A stretch of DNA of 49,431 nucleotides, filler included, from Sphacelaria rigidula (GCA_964200075.2; 3 parts of 3 records of this genome joined end to end with filler, not necessarily neighbours in it), one strand, 5' to 3'; positions 14,001 to 26,562 are shown, counted from the first letter of the whole stretch. Numbers and translations: made by a program. Notes: generated from the letters alone by a model not told the origin.

Positions 14001-16059
14001 AAACTGTTCATCTCAGTACAGTACAGCCCCGCGTAGTACAATACCATGCACCCCAGCGCAGCACAGAACATCACAACGCATGCAACGAAGTGCAGTGCAG
14101 TATAGAGTATTGTAGAGTCTGTCTAGTGTCATGTTCGGGTATGAACTGCGCCGGCTGGCAGAAGAAACACTGTATGCAGTACTACTGTACTGTAATACGT
14201 AAATGGCGGTCGTGAGCATGCATCAAGATTCACGACGTTGCGACATGCGGCCCTGGGAAATGTGTAATTCGGGGGGCTGTGTGCTCGATGAAGAAAGGTA
14301 CCACACGCGCCTATGATCCTTTAAGGCGCGACGATCGCACGTTGAAAACGTGCAGCCGGGTTCCAACGACCACCAACGTGGAGGAAAATCAACGGAGTGT
14401 ACAGAGCGCGGCAGGTGTCGAGAAATTCTTATCGAGAGCGAGGCTCGGCGTCTTCCTTTCTCTCCGAATCCAGCGGAAATGCTGAAATCCATGTTTTTTT
14501 TCGACGAGGTGCAAAACGCCGAATGCTTCAGTTTCAAATGCATATTTTGCACAGGCATAGGAGTGGCGGGCATCCAAGGTACTCCCCTACCCTTATCCTC
14601 TGCCAAAGGAGACTGCAGGATCAGTACTGTACCGTGCGCTAGCAGTAGGTACGCAGTACGTGAACCATTCTTGTTCCAACAGACAAAATCGGAACAGATA
14701 CAGTGCAGTATTATAGAAGTTTGGTACAGATTGTCATTATCCATGGGGTATCCTAGTATAGATCAGTGTTGTCTGCCAGTTTAAGAGAGGAGGCAGCTTC
14801 GCTGGCGGGCTGATGTAGCCATGGCGGTTGTAAAGGCAGGTTCTTATTATCTTGAGGTGCAGTTCATTGTTGCAGATTTTTACCTGCCGACCCCCTTGCA
14901 CTTTCCCACTTCTTATTCTTATTTTCCCCTTGAGTTCACCACGAATGCTCACCAGTAAATTCTTGAATTCACAAAAAACTGGCCTGAGATTATTACCTAC
15001 GAAATTTCTAACATCGGTCGCTCCCGTAATCGTACATAAATTTCGGGTCGGGAAGTTGGACATTACAACAATACGATGCGATGATCGGATGCGGCAACCA
15101 TGACAGATGATGATGCAGCAAGGAAAACTCCGTTGTCGGTGGACCTCGCAGCACGAGAACCGCAATGTTGGAGGCACCTGGAATCAAACGCGTTGGTGTG
15201 CAATCTCCCGGTGTATTTGCTTGCCGTAGGTGCGGAAGATCCCCAAGACTCACACTTAGGATGCTACGTCTGGAGCACTTCTCAGACGCTAGTCGGGGCA
15301 GTCCGAACGTGAGATACGGCACCGCAATCGATCTCGAGTTGAGAGCACCACAACGCACTTGATGCAGTAATACCGCGGGAAGAGTAAGCGCTGAAGTTCG
15401 CGGGCACCTGACTACATTACACTCGTTCCCGCTGATGATTGTAGGTGTTGAACAGAATTGAGTATGCATACATTTCGGAATGGCATCCTGTCTCATGAAC
15501 CCGCGACTCGGGTGGCCATTCGGCGCATCGAGCCACCGTAGCACTCAACCATGGACGTTAGACGCATGCGGCACGACGCGTGGTCACGGCAGCCGCCGGC
15601 GACAGACCTCGCCAAGCCCGCAAAGACGATATATGCCTTCCATACTCACACGAACAGGCGCACATGATGATACGCACAGCGATAACACTGGATGCACTCG
15701 ACACCTACACCATATGCTCCGTTACATGAATCACCACTCCACGCAGATGCTGGTGGCCGTTGAAGTAATCGGTTCGGAGGCGGTGCGTCCTTCCCTGCAT
15801 TCCCTGCTTCATCTCGCTCGAGCGGTCCGGGACGTGAGTGAGTGATCGTAAGTAGCTGCCGTGTTCACTATCTTCGGGCGAGATGTTGGTATGCGATGAA
15901 GGCAGAGCTTATACAAGCTGGGAGCACCCGAAGTGAGGGTCTCCCGCCCATTTCAAGGCGCACATGTCCACACGCCGAACGATTCACTATTCGTCGAGAC
16001 GAGTGCACTTGGTTATATTATTGGAAACGCTACAAGCATGTCTTCAGCTCTCGGCGTAT

Positions 16060-16350
16060 TGATTCTCTCACACCACGAACGATGACTCGACTAACCGCCC
16101 TGATATTTCTATCACAGCGAGCGATGCTTGAAGAACTTGATCCATGGAATTTGTCCACCACGAGCGCGGACTCGAGTAATCACCCTACTATTTTGTATCG
16201 CTATGAGTAGTGACTGCGATACTCCATCTATTGATTTTGTACACCACGAGCGATGGGTCGAGTAGTCGCGACATGAATTTTTTACACCACAAGCCATGCC
16301 TTTAGTACTCGACGGACTACTTGTCGTAACCACGAGCAACGACTCCAATG
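16060..16350 (-). repeat. Degenerate inverted copy of the ~43-bp palindromic tandem repeat
   Basis: caccacgagc-like anchors at ~16071, 16113, 16156, 16242, 16285, 16329; reverse complement of gctcgtggtg in the 33118-34015 array. Confidence 0.65.
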
Positions 16351-16415
16351 ACCTAGACCTCCAACAAAGGCCCTCCAACAGTCGAACGAGGGCCAATCTC
16401 ACGGGCTATATCCGC

Positions 16416-16515
16416 NNNNNNNNNNNNNNNNNNNNNNNNNNNNNNNNNNNNNNNNNNNNTTAATTAATTAANNNNNNNNNNNNNNNNNNNNNNNNNNNNN
16501 NNNNNNNNNNNNNNN
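16416..16515. other. Artificial scaffold linker (44 N + TTAATTAATTAA + 44 N)
   Basis: Exactly 100 bp; 12-mer at 16460-16471 gives stops in all six frames; identical to the second linker. Confidence 0.97.
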
Positions 16516-17276
16516 GGCGAAATTGCTGCAAACGAGCCCAATAGTGGGATCGCAGCCGGTTCGTTGGATCGTGCCGGTGCACTTTTGGGGGGGGGGCTAT
16601 CTCGGCATTAGTCGCTTGGGTTCGTTCTCGCCAAGGTCGCCCGTAGGAGGCGCTTCATGCAGCCTGAACCCATACATCAGGTGCTGTATGTTCATTTGTT
16701 TTGTGACAATTTTGGGCTGGATTTGGGGGGGTGCTTTTGTAGAACGTTTCAAGAACAAACTCGTGACCGGAAAGCATCAAGCTGCTCCATGGTACACTGT
16801 GAAATACCACGAATTATGCCAATCTTTTCGGTACCCTCCATGATGTCAAGGATACACTTCAGCCGTGAAGAACGCAGACCAACGTTTCCTGGTGCGCGCA
16901 GCTCATTTTTTAACTTGATGACTACGATAAGCGTGACAGGGTCGTAGTCAGCGGCACCACCGCTTGTGGCGAGCAACCTTCTGCTTGCGTCTACTGACGC
17001 CGACGTCCTTGCTGCAACTCTCGTATCCTCTTTCCCTGGCACATTCTCGGACGCCTTTGTCTTTGTCCCCGTACGCGTTGCAAGGGTTCTCGTCCCACGC
17101 CGACTTGGAATTGTCGATCTTGTAATAGTGGGCGATGGTCGCCTTTTGGTAGTGGTTGTCGGCGGAAGTGCAGCCCCTTTTGGCCGCGTGCCGACCATCC
17201 GTTATCCGTGTAGGCTATGAGCCTGGCAAAACAAACGCTGAGATCTCCTCCACTGGCACGAGGAAGCGGTTTGCCC

Positions 17277-17518
17277 TATTCCGTGGCCCGTGGCGAAGGA
17301 TAGATAGTTTCATCTTTTGTATTATTGGAGAGTGCCTTGACAAAATCGATCCTTTGGTAGAGGGATCAGATGTGGAGTGAGGGCAGACGGCAGTGTCGCA
17401 GCCGGCCTGAGCATGGTACTGTAGTCACACACAATTGATTGTCAGTACCCGTGCGTCAGCATGAATTTATCCGCACATACATGTGCATGTTCACTCAGTG
17501 CACCAGTTCACATGGACA
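17277..17518 (-). repeat. Copia 3' LTR (242 bp)
   Basis: Direct repeat of 23147-23384; 11 substitutions plus one 4-bp indel by manual alignment. Confidence 0.95.
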
Positions 17519-17811
17519 TCCCGTCTGAACCGGTACATCAGTCGTCGTGGCTATATCTCTCTCAAAGAAGAAAAAATTATGATGGGGAAACCCGGCCATC
17601 CGAGCAAAACCCTCCTCCCCTCAACAGCTTGTGCTTCATCTAGATAATCCATGGACGCCGGTCAAGACAGATACACGTCATGTCAGGAAACACCCTACAA
17701 ACCCCATGCTCCTCAGAGTAGGGTGGGTGGCTTAACCCAAAATGCGCATAAATGCATCACCAACACCTGAAAATACCCGGAGCTAGCACAGTGGTACACA
17801 CAAAAACATGC

Positions 17812-19320
17812 CTACTTGTCACCTTCCAAGTTCATCAAAAACCGTATGTGCCTCGTGAACAGGTTGATCGAGAGAGGCTTCGTCAAAATGTCAGCATGCT
17901 GCCATCCTGAACCCACATGCACAACCCTGACCTTTCCTGTCCCCACCAGCTCTCGAATGAAGTGATACCTTACGTCGATGTGCTTACTTATTTCGGAACT
18001 GAGGGGATTTTCGGCCAGAGCTTTCGCTCCCTCGTTGTCCTCGTACAAAACAAAACCGTGGTCGTCCCCGCATCTCGACATAGTCTGAGGTCGCAGGAAC
18101 GTCAACATTGCCTTTACAAACAGACCCTCCGTTGCCCCCTCGGCCATTGCGACATACTCTGCCTCCGTGGTTGACAAAGTCACACAGTGTTTCGTGCGGC
18201 TCGTGACCGACACTACTACACCACCGTACATCACAGCTACCCCTGAGACCGAACGCCTATCCGTTTTCTTTTTAGCGTAGTCTTCATCGCAGTAAACTGA
18301 AAGCCTGTCATGATCTCTCTTGAGCGGGAGTCCAAACCCCTTTGTCTTATTTAGATACTTGAGCACCTTCACCATAGCTTCCCAGTGCCTCCCCCACGGA
18401 TCATGTGATTGGCGAGCGAGCGGTCGTACTGAGTTCGCTATGCCAGGTCTTGTGACTGTTGCCAGCCACATCAGTCCCCCCACTGCGTTACGGTATGAGC
18501 GATTCGCCACGGTGTCTTCACCCGTTGTCGGCCCCAACTTGACATAAACAGAGGCAGGGATTTCCGAGTATCCCCTCACCCCAAAACGCTTTGGGAGCGT
18601 GACCGTGAACGTGGTTGGCGTCACCGACAAGGTGCCTCTATCCCAGTCTCTATCCACTGCACACCCCATGAACCATGTGGCCTCTCCGAGATTGTTCGTG
18701 GCGTTTTGTTCAGGATTTTGCCCACCTCTCCCGCATTTTCCTCAGTACCACTGATCACAATGTCATCCACATGGACAAGTAAAACCACATGCACGTCTCC
18801 TGCATCCTCCATCCTGACAACACAAGAGTCGGCCTTAGACTGCACCATCCCGATATCCTCCAGTAAAGTTTGGCACAGAAGACGAGACCACTGCCTGCCC
18901 GCTTGCTTGATCCCGTAAAAAGGATTTTCCAGCTTGACGGTCTTATCTGTCAAAATGGAGCAACCTTCAGGCAGCCTCATGTACACGTCAGTGATCATCT
19001 TCGCTTGAACAAAAGCCTGTGTTACGTCGAAATGATACAGCGGCCACCCTTCCTGAACTGCCACTGCCATGAGCAGTTTGAAGGAGGCCATGGAGGGCGT
19101 TGCCGCGAAAGTCTCGTAAAAGTCGACTCCAAAACGTTGTCCAACTCCTCGTGCTACCAACCTTACCTTTGCCTTCGTTATAGTACCATCTGCGTCAGTT
19201 TTTCAACTAAAAACCCACCTCGCTGGAATCACGCTAACTCCTTCCGGTACAGGGCCCGTCGAAAATGATTAGGCCTTTTCATGACCTCCTCGTTCGGCCT
19301 GCATCGCGCCTAACCATGCC
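17812..19320 (-). pseudogene. pol: Copia reverse transcriptase + RNase H (frameshifted)
   Basis: VARG..Q..GVDFYETFA, HFDVTQAF, YGIKQAGRQW, LVHVDDI (RT); YCDEDYA...DRRSVSG, LSTTEAEY, YEDNEGA, KHIDVRYHFIRE, ADILTKPL (RNase H); split over frames. Confidence 0.93.
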
Positions 19321-20219
19321 TCTCAAAACTCTGATTTTGCTATGTCATCCATACTGGTGGGTGCTGCCTCTGTGTCGCTTACATGTAGGCCAACCGGTGA
19401 ACGCAAACCAAAGTCAGGCTGCCCTACTCTGTTATCTTCAGCAACAAAACAAAAAAATTGTTTTCGGCTGAGTTGTTTTGGATCGACGCGTTTGCTTCTT
19501 GTTCTGTCACCTTTCCTGGTGTCGCGGCGATCATCTCCACGAATGAGCATTTGTCGTCGGCCGTTCCCGCCAGCGCCATCTCCGCTTCCTTTCTGCTCTT
19601 CTCCGCTCCGCTAGCCACCAGCGTTTCGCCTCGTGTGTGTGCCGACCCCATGGCCTCGCGTTTGGCTGCTCATACGCCCCGCCCTTGGTATTGGCAACTC
19701 GTCGGCCCACGTAAGACGGCGTTGCTCAGCCCTCGGGAATTGAAGAGCGTCGCCGCCCCCTCCGCCGTCTTGCAAGGGGCCCGTGGAAAAGGGTGACAGT
19801 GCGGGCGACGAGAGAGTGTTCGACGCCGATGTGAGTGTCGGCGTTGGTGTCGGCGTCGGCGTAGGTGTCGGCATCTACGCTGGTGTCGGCGTCGGCGCTG
19901 ATGTCGGCGTTGATGATGATGATGATGATGATTTCAGTTCCCCCTCACCCCCTCCGTTGATGAAATCTGGAACGGGGATCTCTGGCATTACCCCGCCTCC
20001 TCCCTGCCCCCCTTCGCGGGGATGGTGAAGGCACTTCACCCCCTCCACGACTGACGGGGATCTGCGGTGCTGCTCCGCCCCTCCCACCAACAAAACTCGG
20101 TGGGGAGGACGGTGCGGGTGAGGAACCGCTGGACGAAGTGTCCACTGTCAAGTTTTCCATCCTTTCCTCGCTCACTCCCTGGCCTTGATCGACGTTGGAA
20201 TCCTTCGGCTCGCCCGGTG

Positions 20220-21590
20220 TCTGGATCGTTTGCTGTAGTGTGCGGGAGGGGGCGGCGGACGTACTTGCCCATGTTACATGTCTTGTTACGGTAATAGACC
20301 CTCGTACAGTCAAAACTCGCAGTGCGTCACGCGGGTGGCCTGGAGCTGGGCTCAAATACCAGGATCTTTCCGCCTTCGGCTGCAATTTGTTTGCCCGCCT
20401 CCTCCTACAAAAGCCAGGCTTCAAAAACGGAATGAAACCACCGTCCGGTGGTGATCCGTACCGCATATCATGCGGTGATTTGCAGTTTGGGTTAGCCGAG
20501 GTAGCGGTACAGTTCAGGGCGTGACACGCCCAGTTTGCCTGATTAGCCCACAGGTTGTCACCATTTTGGGTGCGCTCATCTGGGTACAGCTCAGACGCTT
20601 GGATCTTGGCCGCAAGGCCTGCAGTTTCGATGATACCCAGCGCTCGCTCTGCATCACCGTTGAACTGGGGTGAGTCGGCAGTTGTCTTCTCTTACTTGAC
20701 CTTTTCCCTGTCGCACAGTTCACCAAATGCACCCTCCGAGAATTCACCCCCGTCATCGCTACGGACTATCTCGATTTTTCTTGGAAAAACCCATGCAATG
20801 TATGTCGCAAAGTATCTCTCTGCCCCATCTTTCTTCCGGAGGAAATACAGCTTCGCGTGCCGTGAGTGATCACCTCGGACTATCATCGTGTACGACTTTC
20901 CCCGTAAGACTTGATTGATTTCGGGCCGGAAAGATCTACAAGCGCCCTGGACGCTGACTTAGCTGCTCTCGTGTGCGTCGATCTTGGAATCGGTCGTCGC
21001 AGTCTCTTCGCCTCTGAGCAGCCACGGCAGGGCTGCAGCTCCCCAGCCAGCAGCTGCTTTCCCTGCTGCTTCGCCGTCTTTCGCAGTAAGTCCTCGTGGA
21101 CGTGGGCGTGGGCACAGTGGAATTTGTTCATGTCAGCGATCTGGGGGCTAGGCGAAGCCCCCAGGGCAATAACGGCATATGCCGAAGCACACTTGTCACT
21201 ATCACTTTGGTCGAGGCGGCGGGCGTATGTTTCTAGTTGACGTGGTTGTCCGGGTATTTCCAGTGTACTGCCTGAAACGAGATCTACCCTGAAACCTGCA
21301 CGAAAACCCGTGTAGGTGTGTCCCATATTTTGGATCCTCGTGAGTGACAAGAGGTGATTACGGACATCAGGTACATTGTCAACATCCGTTAATTTGAGCA
21401 TCACATCCTGTCCGTCAGATCTGAAGGCAAGAGACTAATTTCCTCTACCTACGATCGGGGAAGTACTACCATCCGTGCACCGTAGTACCCTACCCTGGCA
21501 CTCTCTGTCCTCCGTCATCCCATGGGAATCGTGGGAGAAGTGCTGGGTAGCCCCCGTGTCAAATACAAACGGTTCGCCCTCACTTTGCTG
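20220..21590 (-). pseudogene. pol: Copia protease + GAG-pre-integrase + integrase (frameshifted)
   Basis: FVFDTGATQHF (aspartic protease); HCAHAH...CRGC (HHCC); VDLSGP and RSDDGGEF (integrase core); multiple frameshifts. Confidence 0.9.
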
Positions 21591-21779
21591 CCTATCACCC
21601 CCCTGCCCAACACTCAATTCATACTCGCCTGTTTCGCCGTTGATGGGTGGTGGTGAAAGAGGTGAAAGTCTCGCCGTCCGCCACCGAGCAAACGGAGGAG
21701 CTGTCGCTGTCGTCGGCCGCGCCCATCGCCATCGCCACATCTTCTTTCTTCGCTGCCGATCTTGGACAGTCTCAGAACG

Positions 21780-23128
21780 TGTGCACCTACTGACCGCACC
21801 TCCCGCAGTACCTCTCGGGCAGTTCCTGGCTCACTGCGTCGTGTCCTCGTCGCAAACGAGGCAGCGGAGCAGCTGCCGAGTCGCCGGTTTGCCGTCCGAC
21901 GATGCTGACCCAGAGCTACTTGAACTCTGGCTCCTGCCGTTTTTCTGACCAGAGCCCTGGGATTTTCCCGGTTTCCCCTTGCGGTATGCACCGCTCGGTT
22001 TTCCGGTCCCACCCCCGACAAGGAGAGCCTGGTCGCCCGGGGATGACTTCTTTCCCTGGGCAAGTTCCTGCTTCAAAGATGTTGATTCGAAGCGTTATCG
22101 GATCGAAGTCAACACAACCTCCCGTGTCAGCGGTCCGTCTCGATCCTCCAGCAGTTGCTTCTGGATGTGATACTCGAAGGACAACGCGTTGAGGAATTTC
22201 AATAGAATATGGTTTTCGCTTAGTTATTCATGCTCCTCGTATGAGTTCAGGTCTCGTGCAATTTGCTCCATCTCGAGCAGCTTCTGCTCTGAATCATCAC
22301 GGACACCAATCTTGACTGCATCGAACTTTTCCAACAAAGGGGTTCTCGCTCCATTTGTTTTGGGGCGAAAGACATCCTCGAGTTTTCTCCAAACCGCAGC
22401 AGGTGAGTGGATTCTGAGTAAAATGTCTTGTTCTCTCCTTCTAAACTGGCAACAAGCATCCGTCTCGCCCTGACGTGGGCTGCCACTTTGTCCTTCCCGT
22501 ATCTAGTTTCTAGATACCCCAGTGCTGATTCAGGGTCACCGATATCTACGTCGTGCGAACTATCGCCGGCCATGGTAAACACCCAGTCAATTCCTTCGCC
22601 CCTCGCGAAGTCGACCAGTTCATGTCTGTACCAAGCATAATCAGGGTTCCTACCTGAAAATTTTGGGACGTTCTGTCGAAAAATGGGAACCCCTGACACA
22701 TTTCCACTTGGATCGTTTATTAAGATTGACTCACGTGCGGGGACAAAGCCCCTAGCTCCGTCATTGGTGGCCTCGTTGTCCCCTACGTCGCGCGCTCCTT
22801 CCCCCGGAACAGCTTGACTCCCGATGTACCGTCGGTCTCTTCGAACTCCGGCACCATGTCGCTCCACTGTCCTGTTTGTGTTGGATTCCCCCTGTTGACC
22901 ATGAGAACCATCACTATCGAGGGCGCCGTTAGTTTCTGCGCCGTCGGGCTCTTTTACTAGCCTAATATCGTCCATGTCACTCCGTAAAGCAGCTTGGAGT
23001 AACTGCAAATCACGCAGTAGCTGAGCCATGGAACGCAGCTGGCTATTCACCTCCCCCGATTGCTCAAAAACGCCCTGCTCACCGACGACTGTAGCAGGCC
23101 TACTACCTTGATCTGCCGTTTTGCCCAA
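21780..23128 (-). pseudogene. gag: Copia gag (frameshifted, degenerate zinc knuckle)
   Basis: ORF 22247..23128 starts just inside the 5' LTR and includes PKFSG.NPDY..Y; RCLVCDEDTTQ*ARNC is a decayed CCHC knuckle upstream of the protease. Confidence 0.8.
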
Positions 23129-23146
23129 TCGGTTGTAACACTAGTG

Positions 23147-23384
23147 TATTCCGTGGCCCGTGGCGAAGGATAGATAGTTTCATCTTTTGTATTATTGGAG
23201 AGTGCCTTGATGAAGTCGATCCTAAGATAGAGGGATCAGATGTGTAGTGAGGGCAGACGGCAGTGTCGCAGCCGGCCTGAGCATGGTACTGTAGTCACAC
23301 ACACTTGATTGCCAGTACCCGTGCGTCAGCATGAATTTATCCGCACATGTGCATGTTCACTCAGTGCACCCGTTCACATGAACA
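23147..23384 (-). repeat. Copia 5' LTR (238 bp)
   Basis: Direct repeat of 17277-17518, immediately upstream of gag on minus strand. Confidence 0.95.
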
Positions 23385-24479
23385 TGCCCTGGAGACCCTG
23401 CTGTCAATCGACAGGAAGAATGCCCGCAGCATGTCGTTCACTTCAGCGGATGCTCCCGCACCCGGCGGTCGATGCTGCCGTGCTCGCGGACGACACAGCT
23501 CGTACCGTTTAAGGAAACGTGTACCACCGCGTGTTGGGTACTGCGCGTCACCTTGATAGCTGTGGCTAACTCTTACTCTAAAAATGGCGACGGAGATTCC
23601 GCCATGAGTATTTACAATGGGCTGCTAGTTCGGTCCCGTGCCGACAAGCGGCCCGGACTGACGTTGGGCCGTCATCAGTGCTTTAGATTCAACCAGCATC
23701 CACCATCATGTCGCCGTTTGGCCCTTGTTTTAGATCTTGTGCGATATAACCCAGTATCGCCCCCCCATCATGCTTCGCTTCGCAGTTAGCCCCAGCGCAA
23801 CGAAACATAGTTGGTGATGTTTGATGCGCACTCCGGGCGGAAAACACGTGTGCATGGTAGTCTGATGGCCCGAGCTCCTCGCACCACTATCGTTAAGCAG
23901 AGGGCGCGCCGACCCCCTGCAGGTCCAGCCTGCGGAACTCGCCACCACGTCTATTATTCATGCCACTCCCGTGCTCTTCGCGACCGGAATTACCGGGTTC
24001 CCACCCATCGTGGGCGGCGCTGGCGGGCAGCTCCTATGCTTATGATCGACAGTAGCGGCCACTCATTTTTCTCCCCAGGCGTGCCAAGTCCCGATCATTT
24101 ACATCCGTGAGCACCTCTGTCGCCCAGCTCGCTGTTAGGGTATCCGTTGTTTAGCAGTCTGCGTAGTGTGGTGGCTGGACTGCCCTCGACAAATACCTCG
24201 TTTTCATGCACTAGCCCGGTGGCTGTAGACGGCTCCCCATAGAGAAAGCTATCACCAAAACCCGGGTTTTCTTCTACTTTTGTTCCTCATCTCCTTTCAA
24301 AGTCTCTGATAGTCTCGACATACGGTATTCCTCCGAAACTGCAGACATGCTGTCTAAATGTGCTGCTGAAGATGACTCCTCAACTCGTATAGCAAATCAT
24401 GGATGCTACGAAGCGCTGGTGACATCAGCTGCATAGCCATACTATCAAAGCAGCGACGCCTGCAATTGGTTACTTATTC

Positions 24480-24968
24480 GTGCGAAACGGGGATTACCCT
24501 CCTCCCCCTAATCTTATTGAATTTGCCACCAACCAACAGGTGACGGCAACATTCGACCTGGATTGCAGCAGCGGGACGAAGGGAATTATTGAAATTGGCT
24601 ATCTGAAAAGTTACATTTCAATGGGAGCTGCTCGAGTAACGGTGACATCCTCTCCAGAAGCGTCACAAACAACCGCGGCCGTCAACAGTATCAAGCACCC
24701 GGACAGCGACGAAGTATATGTCGCATCCGCTGTAATGGATGGGGCGTGGGCGACAGCGGCATCTGTTCCCGAGCTTCAAATAATCAATATCCCAAAAATT
24801 GGTGGAGGTGATGATGATATACGAGGGGGTTTCGGGAAGGTTCGAGTAACGTTTGAGGCGCTAACGGCTGACAGGGAGGGTCTATACGCGGGAGATTTGT
24901 GTGATGACTGCGAGAATATCGACAGGGGCGATCGGAAGTTCAAGATTAACAATATTCAGTGCTGTTGA
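24480..24968 (+). CDS. Probable terminal exon/fragment: C-terminal domain of algal SGNH-hydrolase-like protein
   Basis: 162-codon open frame with IGYLKSY..MG.A.V, DG.W...AS and G..KFKI...CC-stop, a motif series I recognise from C-termini of algal SGNH/GDSL-like proteins; true 5' boundary not resolved. Confidence 0.6.
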   Translation: MRNGDYPPPPNLIEFATNQQVTATFDLDCSSGTKGIIEIGYLKSYISMGAARVTVTSSPEASQTTAAVNSIKHPDSDEVYVASAVMDGAWATAASVPELQIINIPKIGGGDDDIRGGFGKVRVTFEALTADREGLYAGDLCDDCENIDRGDRKFKINNIQCC

Positions 24969-26459
24969 GAGTCAGCAGAAACCGAGGAATAAGCCCTTGA
25001 CCTTTAAACTCGGGTAATCGTGATAAAACAAGCTAAAGGCTAAGGCCAAAAACTACAATGAAGCGTGGTATTTGGTGTTCACAGTAATGGATAAACTATC
25101 AACGCCAACAATCCAAAACAATACTGACAATCAACGTCACGGGTACCTCCTGACACTGGTATGTAACTGTGGCGATTCGAGCGGGTACTGGAACACTCAC
25201 ACACATCAAATATTGAACCAAGGGTGATATTGTAGACAGTGCTCCCATCATGTATTCATCTCACAATGGCAAAAATATCGTACGCGGTCGCGAACTTGAT
25301 CGCTCTTCTCGAATCTGGCCCGCTACGTATACTAGCTTCTCACGTGTCAGTATTTTCATGTAATACCCGAGCGAGTAGATAAACCAACGGTACAATGCCG
25401 CGCTTGGACGCCATCGCACAAGAACTGCGTTTTCGCAACGATTCCGAGACGCGGGGGAAAGATCGAGAAATGCGCGTGGACAAACGGTGGCCCCTAGTTG
25501 TCCTACGTCCTACGTGTCGGGCCCGGTGTAGAAACGCCAATTTGTGCGATTGCGAGATGACGGATACCACACGGAAAGTGTCAGACGGGACAGGGGGGTG
25601 AGAAGGATGTGTTCAAAGAAAGGTGCCTGCTATTGCATGATAGTGCTCCTCGCCACAGGGTGTCGCTCCGGTACGCCCAGTAAGGATGACTGTGGATCTC
25701 CCACTCCTCTAAAAAATAGGGAATTTTACCGCCTGTTTCACCACGTGATAGGCTGTTACTGCGCCGCTTGCGGCGCTGAAGAAGAACGACAAAATGAAGG
25801 AGAATCGAGTATTAATATGACCATGTTGATCGGGTAGCGACGTATCAACAATAACAGCCTTGTGTGCCAGACGAAATACCGTCCTTTCTCGGTATCACTC
25901 GAGAACATGAAGACAGTGTGTTTCAAGTCCATGTATTTCTGACTGTTCACAGGGAGAAGCTGGGTAGAGAGAGAGTAGGGACGGAGTGAATAGAGGTGGG
26001 TATTGAGCACCATCTTATCATCACGTCCGCCCACGAATCAGAATCCCCAGTCGGCTCACAAGCCACAACCCGTGGCCCATTGACGAGCCACGGAAACAAA
26101 ATTCTCAATTCTGGGACCAGAAACATTTTTCCGTCGTGTAACCTCCAGGAGCCTTCCAAACAAACAGTATTCCTTGACTACTGTGTATCCCGCCATTCCC
26201 CGCTTACAAATTCTGGCTTATGTTTGTAGATAAGCTATATCGAACACCCTTCCCAGGAGTATCAAGTAAGCAGGCTGGCACTGATCTGATTGTTATCGAA
26301 GAAACTAAAACAAGTCACATTTCCCCCTGTCATCGCCCACCTCGGAAAAGAGCACACCCTGGACAAATACAATATGTAATACAAGGTTCCCCTTCGGGAC
26401 GTTGGTACGGGCCTCCCGGGCGTGACGCAAGTCGAAAGAATAAAATATGCTTCGTACGA

Positions 26460-26562
26460 GTATGTTTTTCCGTGCGCTGCAAAAGAAAGCGTGGGGGAAA
26501 ATGCCTTGCTGGCAGAGAAAACTCGGCAAAAGTGGTGAACATGTGAAATGATACATGTACAT
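26460..26562 (-). repeat. Dispersed repeat family B, partial copy
   Basis: aaactcggcaaaagtggtgaa...gtgaaatgatacatgtacata matches 28670-28714 and reverse complement of 6232-6275. Confidence 0.7.

Larger units (their letters stand above)
17277..23384 (-). mobile_element. Full-length degenerate Ty1/Copia LTR retrotransposon
   Basis: Paired LTRs 17277-17518 and 23147-23384; 5-bp TSD TGCCC at 17272-17276 and 23385-23389; domain order gag-PR-IN-RT-RH on minus strand. Confidence 0.97.

Noticed and set aside
16460..16471. TTAATTAATTAA as a biological motif or piggyBac site (also 32969-32980)
   Set aside because: Centred in a fixed 100-bp N spacer; assembly linker
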